Positions 19,501-29,335 of a DNA stretch of 54,439 bases are shown here, in pieces. Both the position numbers and the translations under genes were made by a program. Position 1 is the first letter of the stretch; the number at the start of each line of letters is the position of its first letter. The notes below the pieces were generated by a model, which worked only from the letters and a program-made list of their open reading frames with translations, made no database searches and had not been told where the DNA came from. The DNA comes from a virus (taxonomy: Duplodnaviria; Caudoviricetes), in the IMG/VR virus record IMGVR_UViG_3300025674_000054, positions 1 through 54,439 of that record; one strand, 5' to 3'.

Positions 19501-22500
19501 TTAAGGGATGCTTATTTTGAAAAGTATATTACAAATTATGATTTAACTGATTTTATTAGGTTAATTAAATTCTTTGACAATTCATTATTTAAAATGATAG
19601 AAGATTTTACACCTGCAAGAACTAGTTTATCATCTGGGGTAGTAATAAAACAACATTTATTAGAAAGAAATAGACAACGTCCTGCAATTGTAACATCTTC
19701 ATTTGAACAATTTTCGGGATCAGTTAAAAATTTACCAAAAGATTACAGTACAGGTTCTTCAGATCAACCACAATATGCAACCTCAGGATCTGCTATTTAT
19801 GTATTTAAAGGAGGAACAGGTGGTTCATTTGAGCCTTTTAATGGGTTACAAACTTACCCATCAGGTACTTTAGGAATTGGTCCTGATAATAGATATTTCT
19901 TAACTCAAAGTTGGGAAGAATCATGGATGACTTTTTCGGGATCTGCTCCTATTCAAAGAGTTGATCAAAGAGAATTTTATAATGGGGAATTTAGTGGGTC
20001 AATTATACCAGTAGGAATAGAAGATATTTGTAGTGCTTATTTTAAACCTGGAATGCAAGAATATAGGTATGTTCCTGTATTTTGGAGTGCAGATGGCAAT
20101 AATTCAACATTAACTATTAGTGAATCAGAATTTTTATCTCCTACAAACCAACCTCCAACAGGGTATGTTTGGTTTTGGAATAATGGAGATAATATTGTTT
20201 ACATTAAACTATCATTAGAAAGTTATAATGGTATTAATATTTCAACTTTTATACAAAATGTAGAATATGTTACCTTCCAGTTTACAGCTCCAGTAGATAG
20301 TAATGGAGAATTTATAGTTCCAAATACACCCCAAACTTTTTACTTAGAATCTATTGTAATACAACCTGGGACATCAGCAGTCCCTCCAGGGGTTGGAGAT
20401 GCATTAGCATATACAGTACCAGGAATTTCTTCAACAGTAGTTTCCTCTGCAGATGCTTCATTTTATAATTTTAATTTTTCAGCAAGTGGGGATTATCAAT
20501 GGCATGCTACACAAAACACAGCTACAGATCCTAACCCAGTATTAGATACTGGAATTTCTGCCTCTGTACCACAAGGTTATTTTCCGTTAACAGCAGATTA
20601 CCCAACTGAATCTTTCTTTAGAGGATGGGCTTCATCTAATTTTTATACAAATGGTACTTATAATTCCTATAATGGAATTTTATATGATCCTTTAGATAAT
20701 TTCAATACAGGATCTCATGAAAGAGATAATACAGATACTACTTTATTAAGTGGTGTTGATCCTGCAAGTAATTTCCCATGGTTTATGAATGCCGGAGTTG
20801 AAGGTGAAGGATTAAGTTGGATACAAGTCCCATCAGAATCATTCCTAGATTATGCTAATATACCTGATTCAACAGTAGGACCTGTTGCTACAAATAATTA
20901 TTTTAATATAGCTTGGACAAGCCAAAGCTCAGCTGAATCCCCAGCAATACAAGGAGTAAATTATTATTATAATGCTAGTAATAATGCTATTTATATGTCT
21001 GGTTCAGAATATCAAAATGAACTTAAAATTATAAATCCATTATATTCTAGTAGTTTAATGTTTAAAATTAGTGGAACTAGCCAACTTTCAAGCACTGCTA
21101 CATCATATACTCCATTAGGTCAAACTAATTTAGTTATTCCTATTGACCCATCAAGAGGTCAAGAATTATGGGTTTACAGAGGAGAATCATTTGCCCCAGT
21201 TGCAGACTCAAATGCTTGGAGATATAATAGATATATCCATAGACCTTATAAGGTATACTACCTAACAGAAACAGGATCTGGTTCTCCATCTGATCCTTAT
21301 GGTGAATATGATCCTATGGTAAGATTACCTTTAGCACCTAATCCACTTGATAGACCTACTCCATATACTACTATATGGCATGGTGAAACTGTAACTATGT
21401 TAGGTACTCAAGGAGATTCAATTCAAAGAGCATACCAAAAACCATTAAATGCAACAGAAACCCTTCCATCACTTGAAATGGTATCTGGTAGTTTTAATGT
21501 ATTTAGTAGTTTAAGACAAGTAAAACCATTTATATTTACAACTTATAAAATAGTAAAACCAAACCCACCAGTAGGAGGTGCTATTGGTAGTGGATCATTT
21601 GTTTCAATTTCACAATCAGATGGAACACCATTTGCAAGATTACAAATGTTCCAATACCAAAACCCAAATTTAATTCTTTGTCAATACCAATTATATATGG
21701 TTCACCAAGTTGGTGGAGGATCTACTACTATAAATTATTTTGATGGTGATGGAATTCAACGAAGTGAACAAGTTAATGCTGGAGAATTTTTTGCATGGTG
21801 TGTTGATGGTTTATTAGTTGCCCCATATCCTGGTGGTCAATATTACCAAATAGACTCAACTTCCGGAGGTGGGCTTTTAGTTGGAGATTTTTATGATTCA
21901 CCTATATGGAATTCATTTAGCCCACCAGCGGAATCAACTTTTGAAAATTGTAACCAATATTGTTTATCAGAAACAGATGGTAGTTCAGGTACACTAAGTG
22001 TTACATCAGAAAACACTCAACCTTATTTTTATTATCCTCCTTTCAAAACATTAAATGCTCCAACTGTAGGTCATCAAAATGGTCAGTATAATATTCCATA
22101 TGGTGGAAACTTTGATGGACTAAATACTTCTTCCTTATCACTAACAACAGGAACTTCTCCATTTGGTAATAATTTTCAACCACAAGGGTTAGTATTCCCT
22201 CCTGGTAGTTATATTTTTACTATGAGTGCATTTGATACAAATCAAATGGAAGGTGGAAAAACTGAATTTGGTTTATGGACAACTTATGGAGATTATGCTC
22301 AATATGATTTACAACATCTTGATGGATCAGGAGTAAGTTCTTATACCTTTAATTATACAGATCAACAAGGCAACTCAGTAAATAATACTATTGGAGAAGA
22401 TAATGAAGCTTACGTATTTGCACAATTAGGTACACCAAATGTATCAGGAATTTTTGATCCAGATTATGTTGTAACTAGTTCAATCTCAACTCGTTATGCT

Positions 22501-25422
22501 TCAGGTGTAGCTTTACCAAGTTCTTTTGCTACTAAAGTAGTTGATGCCTATTTAGTTTATTCACAATCGGCTTCAGGTAGTTTAGATGGTGGATACTTAT
22601 TTGATGTAGTTCCTACTTTAACTAATATATCATTTACAGCTTCAGTTGTAGTGAGTTCATTTACAGATGCTCAATCAGCCCTTTATGGTAATGCTATATA
22701 TGGAACAGATGAATATGGAGGTGGAAATAGTGGAGGAGGAACAACATGGACAACAGCATCTATACACCTATATTCTGGATCGGCTAATAATTTCCCAAAT
22801 AAAATGCCTGTAATTGGCGATGGTAATATTTTAGCTTCTACTAGTTCTTATAGTCTAACCCACCATGAAGGAGAAAGAATAACTTTAATGGCAGATTTCC
22901 CTGCTGGTAGCTTTGAATATAATGAAGTATTAAAATTAGCTTTAAAAGTTGAAAGTGGGTCAAATGCATCTTCTGTTGTACAAAATTCATTAGTAGTAAC
23001 AGAATATAGTATGAGCTTTTCAAGTTCATATGATCCAACAATAGATCCTTCTATCCCAACTGTATTTGATAGTGATAATAACTTTGCATTAGCTTATGAT
23101 TGCCAACCTTTATTAAATAACTACCAGGACGGAAGATTAAATCTTAGATTACAAGATATAGATTATAATGATGGAATTTTAACACCTAGTAATTTCCAAC
23201 AAATTATAGAATTTTCAGCTTCTAGAGCATCTGTACCTGAATCTAATTATACAGCTATAAGATCAAGAGGACCAAGGTATATTGGAAAACAAAGCACATC
23301 AGCAATAATAAACCAGTGGAGTGCCGGGGATGCAGGTTCATATGGTAAATTACCTAATGTAGAAATTGCAAGAGCATACACGACATATTTTAATGCTCTT
23401 TCAGACCCTTATCCTTTATTAAATAATAAAGTACAATATAGTTTACAATATTTAATTGGACAAGATGGAGATATTTCTCAACCAAAATTATCTAATACTT
23501 CTATTTATAATATACAAGGAACTTTTGATGAGTGGGGAATAAATAGAGTTGTTGAAAATCCTCCTTATACATCAAGTGGGGTTGTTTCATTAGTAAACCC
23601 TGATGATAATAATTTATTACCATTACAAGGAGAAGTTCCAATATATAAAATAGGACAAAGATTAGTACCTGTAATTTATACCCAACAATCAGGAGTATTT
23701 CCTTTTATGATACCTGGAGAAACTGCAGGTGTGTTAACAGCATCTATTCAATTAATAGGTAATGAACCTGTTGATGTAAATATTCAACCAGAATTTAATA
23801 ATTATACTTCTACGGCTATTGGAGAAAGTTCTCAATCTGGTAACCAAAGTACTTTTGGTCCTGTAACATTTAAAGCAAATAATGTCACACCGTCATCAGA
23901 TGGAAACTCCTCAGCAACATCCCCAACAAGGAATGTTACAGCATCTGTTACTAATACAGGAACAGGCTTACCTGTGTATCAAACTTCTACTGGTGCCTCA
24001 CATGGATTTTTAACAATTCCAGTTACAGATGGTACAGCATTTGCTGCAGACACTGGTATTACCCCTGGTACTGGTAATGATTTATCACAACCTTATGATT
24101 TAAACTTTAGTTTAGGTATTGATACAACACCACTAACATATAGAGTACAAACCACAAACCCAAATAAATCAAACAACTTCAATACAAATCCAAATGTTGG
24201 GTCCTTAAATGTTATACTTGATAGAAAAGAAAATTATGCATCTGGTGTTTTTGCAGGAGCAAGACTCCAAAATGTTAAAGTAACATTTACTAATTATTAT
24301 TCTGCAATAGGTGGTTCAAATAGACAAGTTACATTTGATTATGGGTCAGCAGCATCACAATTTGTAGAAGTAAACGCTGGTTCAGGAACAGGAGGTGTCA
24401 CAGTTAGGTTTAATACAGATATTATTGAAGAAATTATAACAGATGTAGGTGAAAGTGCAAAGGCAGTATCAGATGGTGGTGGTTTATTAAAACAAAGATG
24501 GACAATATCAGCTAAATTAAGACAAACAGGTGGTGGAGGATTTTCCGCATATCCTGCTAATCCTTTAAAACAAGGACAACAATTTAGAATAGAAGCATCC
24601 GGAGATTTTATAACAGGAGCTTCACAATTTAATGCTAATTTAAATCCTAAATTTTTCCCATCAGCTCAAGATGGTTCAGCTTTTTATAAATTAGAGCTAC
24701 AAGGTAGATCTAGTAACCCTATTGAAGATGCAATAGCACCATTCTGGGAATTTTCGGGAAGTTCTCAATCTACTTTAATTTGTGTTTCACCTCAATTAAA
24801 TAAAGCATACGGTAGAGATTTTAAACAAAAAGATTTAATTTATACCGCAAGTCAAAATAAAGATTTCCCTGGTGGGTTAGAACCATTCTATACTTCTTTT
24901 CCAACTGTACAAGAAAATTGGAGTGTACAACAAGGAGATCAAATTAGATTTAAGAATGACGAGGAACATGCTTATACTATAACTAATGTAACAACCCCAG
25001 AAGCAAATACGGATAGTAACACTTGGGTTGATAATTTCCCTTCATTAATAATTGAAGTTGATGGGGATATTCCTACAAGTTTTGATCAAAGATATACAGC
25101 TTCTTTAAATATTTTAGGTAGAGCTCTTAACCCATTATTTAGTCAATCTTTATTTGATACTGGCCCAGAAACGGTAGTTCCCCAATATGAAGACATATTA
25201 GTTGATGGAGCAAGAATTGTAAGAGGGTTAGATTTCTTTGTACTTAGAAGATTTAAAGATGATGCTGGGGTTATAATAATGGATCAACAAGTTCCTTATA
25301 ATAATCCACCTAATACAGGTTCATCAGCTGGATTTATATTTCCACCATACCCAACGGAACCTTTATCAGTAGAACCAGATAATTTATTAGAAGACCTTAG
25401 AAATAATAAACTAATTGAATAA
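16549..25422 (+). CDS. very large baseplate wedge-like structural protein, 2957 aa
   Basis: IPYLLKTKGTVAGLRALITSYGIP resembles gp7/P2-gpI-type wedge motifs; long S/T/G-rich beta region; operon context. Confidence 0.7.
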   Translation: MKEQIIIQSVSPDTFEFQDYSSSDQTLITTNELDTVFSGSIDYIEAYVFDANKVSITSAVPFTNYKVTEGNVVLNPSEDLERFGFDVGEYFISYEFYRPRLGSTLNTTYYISEISSDRTEIRLDTTVIDNALVISSSLEFIEYRDTAEYFVDFFLNFGDNQQIIANNLELDTTDENNPTLLVKLYDPLPSEFDLKSVCSVVEEISTPQSYKVTFPPLEFTQDDFTYISGPNYSLNIKGQSGTPGMDFSYSTLISSDVTSSTNQIDSLLNKKEIEISVDYEDYNDFIYFSSAYTRLQNFYYKVGLIQSASAQLGSITSATTGSVVYSASQATLSNIVSDTIKNFDGYEYFLYFNSGSQYSYPKSNSEPPYILYPTGSTEALNWLGSTDASSAYYGGQAVSASNYDENNQDSLYYAIPEYLRSDPQNAKYELFVDMVGQHYDNIWLYTKNITTKFDADNRLNYGISKDMVADAIRDFGVKLYSNNFNTDDLYVAFLGLTPSGSSFPFPYITGSTPADTGYEYVNSQISASNDIIPLDDINKRLYKRIYHNIPYLLKTKGTVAGLRALITSYGIPDTILRINEFGGKDRNNSQDWDLKQDFYNVGLNTTSSAFTSSFVLNSAFSSSIIPPSSDPTPIVSRPGAMQFRFKTNGIPSASNSPTTQSFFETDSTSTVAMGIEYNEALLVTGSYSGSVESQYKNYGTIKFWPNIDTNPTNYASLYLPFWDGNWWSVQVNRNSENATFTLLAANKIGENLGFTGSDTISADLGPWNSSDSILWLPQTYKQFAGIYYFPLTGSLQEVRYYTEAISESIFHDYAMNPYSFEGNSTNSAPDKLAFRLSLGTLLNTGSYEDSIHPKITGSWITTSSFNGQSSASFSGTPTWLNNVEDIYLDQTPSGIRNRVTDKIQTEELILPEGDTLSAYRSVQQNSYSSGSFTPSVNYLEVAFSPQDQINDDITAQMGYFNLGDYIGDPRLISSSATSYPDLDLLRDAYFEKYITNYDLTDFIRLIKFFDNSLFKMIEDFTPARTSLSSGVVIKQHLLERNRQRPAIVTSSFEQFSGSVKNLPKDYSTGSSDQPQYATSGSAIYVFKGGTGGSFEPFNGLQTYPSGTLGIGPDNRYFLTQSWEESWMTFSGSAPIQRVDQREFYNGEFSGSIIPVGIEDICSAYFKPGMQEYRYVPVFWSADGNNSTLTISESEFLSPTNQPPTGYVWFWNNGDNIVYIKLSLESYNGINISTFIQNVEYVTFQFTAPVDSNGEFIVPNTPQTFYLESIVIQPGTSAVPPGVGDALAYTVPGISSTVVSSADASFYNFNFSASGDYQWHATQNTATDPNPVLDTGISASVPQGYFPLTADYPTESFFRGWASSNFYTNGTYNSYNGILYDPLDNFNTGSHERDNTDTTLLSGVDPASNFPWFMNAGVEGEGLSWIQVPSESFLDYANIPDSTVGPVATNNYFNIAWTSQSSAESPAIQGVNYYYNASNNAIYMSGSEYQNELKIINPLYSSSLMFKISGTSQLSSTATSYTPLGQTNLVIPIDPSRGQELWVYRGESFAPVADSNAWRYNRYIHRPYKVYYLTETGSGSPSDPYGEYDPMVRLPLAPNPLDRPTPYTTIWHGETVTMLGTQGDSIQRAYQKPLNATETLPSLEMVSGSFNVFSSLRQVKPFIFTTYKIVKPNPPVGGAIGSGSFVSISQSDGTPFARLQMFQYQNPNLILCQYQLYMVHQVGGGSTTINYFDGDGIQRSEQVNAGEFFAWCVDGLLVAPYPGGQYYQIDSTSGGGLLVGDFYDSPIWNSFSPPAESTFENCNQYCLSETDGSSGTLSVTSENTQPYFYYPPFKTLNAPTVGHQNGQYNIPYGGNFDGLNTSSLSLTTGTSPFGNNFQPQGLVFPPGSYIFTMSAFDTNQMEGGKTEFGLWTTYGDYAQYDLQHLDGSGVSSYTFNYTDQQGNSVNNTIGEDNEAYVFAQLGTPNVSGIFDPDYVVTSSISTRYASGVALPSSFATKVVDAYLVYSQSASGSLDGGYLFDVVPTLTNISFTASVVVSSFTDAQSALYGNAIYGTDEYGGGNSGGGTTWTTASIHLYSGSANNFPNKMPVIGDGNILASTSSYSLTHHEGERITLMADFPAGSFEYNEVLKLALKVESGSNASSVVQNSLVVTEYSMSFSSSYDPTIDPSIPTVFDSDNNFALAYDCQPLLNNYQDGRLNLRLQDIDYNDGILTPSNFQQIIEFSASRASVPESNYTAIRSRGPRYIGKQSTSAIINQWSAGDAGSYGKLPNVEIARAYTTYFNALSDPYPLLNNKVQYSLQYLIGQDGDISQPKLSNTSIYNIQGTFDEWGINRVVENPPYTSSGVVSLVNPDDNNLLPLQGEVPIYKIGQRLVPVIYTQQSGVFPFMIPGETAGVLTASIQLIGNEPVDVNIQPEFNNYTSTAIGESSQSGNQSTFGPVTFKANNVTPSSDGNSSATSPTRNVTASVTNTGTGLPVYQTSTGASHGFLTIPVTDGTAFAADTGITPGTGNDLSQPYDLNFSLGIDTTPLTYRVQTTNPNKSNNFNTNPNVGSLNVILDRKENYASGVFAGARLQNVKVTFTNYYSAIGGSNRQVTFDYGSAASQFVEVNAGSGTGGVTVRFNTDIIEEIITDVGESAKAVSDGGGLLKQRWTISAKLRQTGGGGFSAYPANPLKQGQQFRIEASGDFITGASQFNANLNPKFFPSAQDGSAFYKLELQGRSSNPIEDAIAPFWEFSGSSQSTLICVSPQLNKAYGRDFKQKDLIYTASQNKDFPGGLEPFYTSFPTVQENWSVQQGDQIRFKNDEEHAYTITNVTTPEANTDSNTWVDNFPSLIIEVDGDIPTSFDQRYTASLNILGRALNPLFSQSLFDTGPETVVPQYEDILVDGARIVRGLDFFVLRRFKDDAGVIIMDQQVPYNNPPNTGSSAGFIFPPYPTEPLSVEPDNLLEDLRNNKLIE

Positions 25423-25436
25423 AATTATAATTTAAC

Positions 25437-25464
25437 ATATTTATAACATATAACAATATTTATA
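25437..25464 (+). promoter_or_regulatory. tandem putative late promoters (ATATTTATA twice)
   Basis: Copies at 25437 and 25456 upstream of the ATG at 25477. Confidence 0.65.
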
Positions 25465-25476
25465 TAAAAATACACA

Positions 25477-26142
25477 ATGGGATACTTAAACAACGCAGTA
25501 ATAACAGTAGATGCTATTCTCACAAGAAAAGGTAGAGAAACATTGGCTGCTAATGATGGTTCATTTCGAATTACCCAATTTGCTTTAGCTGATGATGAAA
25601 TAGATTATACATTATATAATCCTACACATCCCTCAGGTTCTGCTTATTACGGTGAAGCAATCGTAAATCAACCTTTATTAGAGGCATTTCCTTTAGAAAG
25701 CCAAATAATGAAATATAAACTAACAACGTTACCTAGAGGTACAGCTAAAATGCCAGTATTAAATCTTGGATATGCAGCAATTACTCTTCAACAGGGTGCT
25801 CAATTAGCAATTACTCCTCAAACATTAAACTATTTAGGTAATGATCAAACATTTGAAACAAGCGGATATTCAGCTACAATTGGTGATGTAAGAACTATGG
25901 CTTCATTTGAAGGTTTAGGTATCCAATCTACAGCAGCAGCTGATGCTAATGCTACTGCAACAACAACAATTGGAACAAATGTATCTGCAACAGTAATTGG
26001 TACTCAAATTAACTTAAGAGCTACTACTGTTAACACTTTATTTGGTAATCAAACATCATTAGTTACAACTTTAACTGTAATTGGTTTAGATAGTGGGGCA
26101 AGAATAACAGTTCCTGTAACAATAACTAAAACCGCTACTTAA
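25477..26142 (+). CDS. baseplate/tail-fibre attachment structural protein
   Basis: AILTRKGRETLA...ITQFALAD resembles the N-terminus of DUF3751 tail-collar-fibre proteins. Confidence 0.6.
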   Translation: MGYLNNAVITVDAILTRKGRETLAANDGSFRITQFALADDEIDYTLYNPTHPSGSAYYGEAIVNQPLLEAFPLESQIMKYKLTTLPRGTAKMPVLNLGYAAITLQQGAQLAITPQTLNYLGNDQTFETSGYSATIGDVRTMASFEGLGIQSTAAADANATATTTIGTNVSATVIGTQINLRATTVNTLFGNQTSLVTTLTVIGLDSGARITVPVTITKTAT

Positions 26143-26155
26143 AAAAATATTATAA

Positions 26156-27202
26156 ATGAGCTTTAAAAGATTAGATCCAGAAGATTTTGTAGTAAGTGCA
26201 GATGCTGTTTCATCAACAGTTTGGTCTGGGAATGTTCCTAACTTAACTACTTTTTTCACCTCTTCTACCCAAGAAACAGGACAATCAGGTGAATATTATT
26301 TAAATGTATTAAACACGGCCTCAGATGAAGCTAGTTCTGCTATACAATATGCAATAGCTTATGGTGATGATACAGGTGGAGGAGCAGCAGCATATAATTA
26401 TGCAGTTAATTCCTATTCTCCTTCTACTACAATTTATGGTTCCTATAGAACCTTAGTTTTAGAAGATGAAAATGCAGAATTTATTTTTGGTGATGTATCT
26501 GGTTCCTATTTTTATGCCCTAAGTGTAGATAGAGCTCGTTATAAAGAATCATTATTTCCTGGTTCTTTAAATTTACAACTATCAAGTAGTGTGAGTGGAC
26601 AAACTAATGCTTTAGTTTTAACTGATAATTCCCAAGATGTTACTACACCTACCTATTATGGAACACAAAGAGCTTATCAAATAGTAAGTGGTTCAAATGG
26701 TAGTGCTTATAATAAAGCATCTGGTGGGACAGGATACACAACAAACTCAGGATCTTATGGTTTATTTTTACCAGATATTTCAACTATTATTTTAAATGGA
26801 GCAGCATTAGATGAAAATTCTGTAGAAGGAATTAATCTAGGAACTGATAGAACAGAAAATACTGATGCTAACAATGCCCAAAAATTATTCTTACACATGT
26901 CAGGTAGTGCAACATCTGGTGGGTCTTTCTTTGGATTAGGTTCCCAAGAAACAATAACATCAGATTATGTATTTGTAAGAGCAAGAAGTTCTGAATTTAA
27001 TTATTCAGAAAACCCATCATTTATATCGGGTTCAACAGGTGAAGTAATATATTCTTATTTTATAAATAACCCTAATGTATTTCCTACAACAGTTGGTTTA
27101 TATAATGATAATAATGATTTACTTGCTGTAGCAAAATTATCAAAACCAATTTTAAAAGATTTTACAAAAGAAGCTCTAATACGAGTTAAACTAGATTTCT
27201 AA
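26156..27202 (+). CDS. baseplate/tail structural protein
   Basis: C-terminal TTVGLYNDNNDLLAVAKLSKPILK (DUF3751-like); paralogous to the next gene. Confidence 0.65.
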   Translation: MSFKRLDPEDFVVSADAVSSTVWSGNVPNLTTFFTSSTQETGQSGEYYLNVLNTASDEASSAIQYAIAYGDDTGGGAAAYNYAVNSYSPSTTIYGSYRTLVLEDENAEFIFGDVSGSYFYALSVDRARYKESLFPGSLNLQLSSSVSGQTNALVLTDNSQDVTTPTYYGTQRAYQIVSGSNGSAYNKASGGTGYTTNSGSYGLFLPDISTIILNGAALDENSVEGINLGTDRTENTDANNAQKLFLHMSGSATSGGSFFGLGSQETITSDYVFVRARSSEFNYSENPSFISGSTGEVIYSYFINNPNVFPTTVGLYNDNNDLLAVAKLSKPILKDFTKEALIRVKLDF

Positions 27203-27207
27203 GATGA

Positions 27208-28170
27208 ATGGCGGCTTTCAAACAATTCAATTCACAGGATATAATTGTATCGCCATTAGAAGTAAATAAATCATTTACTTTTAAAGGTGACGGCGAGCTC
27301 TCTGCTTCCAATGCCGATGTTAATAGATTTTTAGGAAAAAATGTAAATTTTACAGCTTCGGATAATTATATAACAGGATTTAATTCTGGTAGTTTAATTT
27401 TATCCCAATCTTCAGTATATGATTCAGTAAAAGAATTATATTATTCTAATTACTTAACTCAAAGCTTTGGTGATGATGCAATAACTGCTAGCGTACTTTT
27501 AGGCGCTGATAGAGCTGGCGATGTATTAATAGGTCCTAATGGATCTAACGGAAGATACGTAAATTATTTGCAATCTACATTAACACAATCACGTTACTTT
27601 CCAACAGGATCAAGTGAACAGGTTTTAGTATTTTCTATACCCTCTAAATTATATGGAGATTATATCCAACCAGAATCATTTGTATTAACTCTTGGTTATG
27701 ATAGTACTAATTTTACTGATTTAGCAGAAATTACAGATGATGGAGAAGGCAATTTATTATCTGCTAGTATTAATGTAGGACAAATATTTTATCCTCATGG
27801 TATTGCTGTAATAACACAACAAGATTTTGATGGAAACAGCTTAGAAAATGCATATTCTAATACAGAAATATCTTGTTCATTTTCAAGTTCATATACAATT
27901 TATGAAACACAATATAAATGTACTATAGATGAAACTGAATTTAATTTTTCACAAAATCCAAGTATAATATCAAGTAGTGTAACTAATAATGTTAATACTT
28001 CAAGTGGGGTGCCTTATGATTTTGCAACTGGTTCTTATTTTAGTCCTTATGTAACAACAGTAGGTATGTATAATGAAGACTTTGAATTATTAGCTGTGGG
28101 TAAATTAGCTCAACCTTTACCTACTTCACAAACAACTGATACAACAATTTTAGTAAATATAGATAGATAA
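27208..28170 (+). CDS. baseplate/tail structural protein, paralog of 26156..27202
   Basis: EFNFSQNPS...TTVGMYNEDFELLAVGKLAQP shared with the upstream gene. Confidence 0.65.
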   Translation: MAAFKQFNSQDIIVSPLEVNKSFTFKGDGELSASNADVNRFLGKNVNFTASDNYITGFNSGSLILSQSSVYDSVKELYYSNYLTQSFGDDAITASVLLGADRAGDVLIGPNGSNGRYVNYLQSTLTQSRYFPTGSSEQVLVFSIPSKLYGDYIQPESFVLTLGYDSTNFTDLAEITDDGEGNLLSASINVGQIFYPHGIAVITQQDFDGNSLENAYSNTEISCSFSSSYTIYETQYKCTIDETEFNFSQNPSIISSSVTNNVNTSSGVPYDFATGSYFSPYVTTVGMYNEDFELLAVGKLAQPLPTSQTTDTTILVNIDR

Positions 28171-29303
28171 TGGCTTGTACTCTTTCAAATGTTGGAATTC
28201 AGACAGGATGTGTAATACAACCAAAACACGTATCACAATCTGTAGATGCTTTTACTAAAGCAGAAGCATATGATGTTACACTATCAGGTTCATTAATTGT
28301 AACAGGTAGTGTTGAATTTACAAGTTCTAATAGCTGTGTTATAGTAAAAGGAATTCCTCAAGTATCCCAAGATCATGTATTATCTTATAATTGTAATACT
28401 GGTAATATAAATTATGTTGCAGTTAGTGCACTTGGAATAGAAGCAGCTGCAAGTCCCTATATAACAGGAAGTAATTGTGTTATTTTACCTCGAGATGGAG
28501 ATAATGAATTAACAGGAGAACTTTCAGTAATTGGAGGTGGATATAGAAACTGTATTTTTGGTGTTTCAGAATACTCTGGGATACAATCCGGAATAGATAA
28601 TGTTATATCTGGTTCTAATTTTAACAATCAAAATTATATTGGAGGTGGAAATACAAATATAATGTGTAGTTATGACCTTCTTAGAAATACTATAGGAGGA
28701 GGATCAAATAACAAAATATGTGGGGATCTTGGTAATCTTACAGGAGGCGGTATTCAAACTAGTGTAATAGTAGGAGGAGATCAAAATATAATTTCCGGTT
28801 CTGCAGCTAGAACTGTAATTGTAGGTGGATTTAGAAACTGTATTATAGGATGTCAATCTTCACCATCTGCAAATGTAATTGTAGGTGGTATAGATAATAG
28901 TATTAAACCTAATTGTGTATACTCTAATTTTATTGGAACAGGAGGTAAAAATACTATTGATCCCACTATTGCAAACCCATCATGTGACCATATAGCTAAT
29001 GCTGTTATTGTTGCTGGATGCCTTAATACTGGCTCATGTCATAATACTTTTATCGCTGCAGGATGCTGTAATTACGCGTGTCATGAAGAAGCTTTTATTT
29101 TAGGTTCTTGTATTACAAGTTGTGCTGCATGTACAACCCACGTAAATAATTTAAATGTAGGATGTACTACACAAATGCAATTAAGAGATCCTATTGGTAC
29201 AGGCCAAATAGGAATGTTAGTAGCTTGTGATGCAGGGGGTGGAGCAGCTGAGTTGTATTTTCATGATGGAACTTCATATAAAAAAGTTTGTTTAGTACCA
29301 TAA
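28170..29303 (+). CDS. short Cys-rich tail fibre / adhesin
   Basis: (I/V)GGG-x-x-N repeats; N-terminal HVSQSVDAFT..AYD...SGS shared with the giant fibre. Confidence 0.7.
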   Translation: MACTLSNVGIQTGCVIQPKHVSQSVDAFTKAEAYDVTLSGSLIVTGSVEFTSSNSCVIVKGIPQVSQDHVLSYNCNTGNINYVAVSALGIEAAASPYITGSNCVILPRDGDNELTGELSVIGGGYRNCIFGVSEYSGIQSGIDNVISGSNFNNQNYIGGGNTNIMCSYDLLRNTIGGGSNNKICGDLGNLTGGGIQTSVIVGGDQNIISGSAARTVIVGGFRNCIIGCQSSPSANVIVGGIDNSIKPNCVYSNFIGTGGKNTIDPTIANPSCDHIANAVIVAGCLNTGSCHNTFIAAGCCNYACHEEAFILGSCITSCAACTTHVNNLNVGCTTQMQLRDPIGTGQIGMLVACDAGGGAAELYFHDGTSYKKVCLVP

Positions 29304-29316
29304 AAGAAAAAAGTTA

Positions 29317-29327
29317 ATATTTATAAT
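29317..29327 (+). promoter_or_regulatory. putative late promoter ATATTTATAAT
   Basis: Exact motif 8 nt upstream of the ATG at 29336. Confidence 0.7.
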
Positions 29328-29335
29328 AAAACCTG

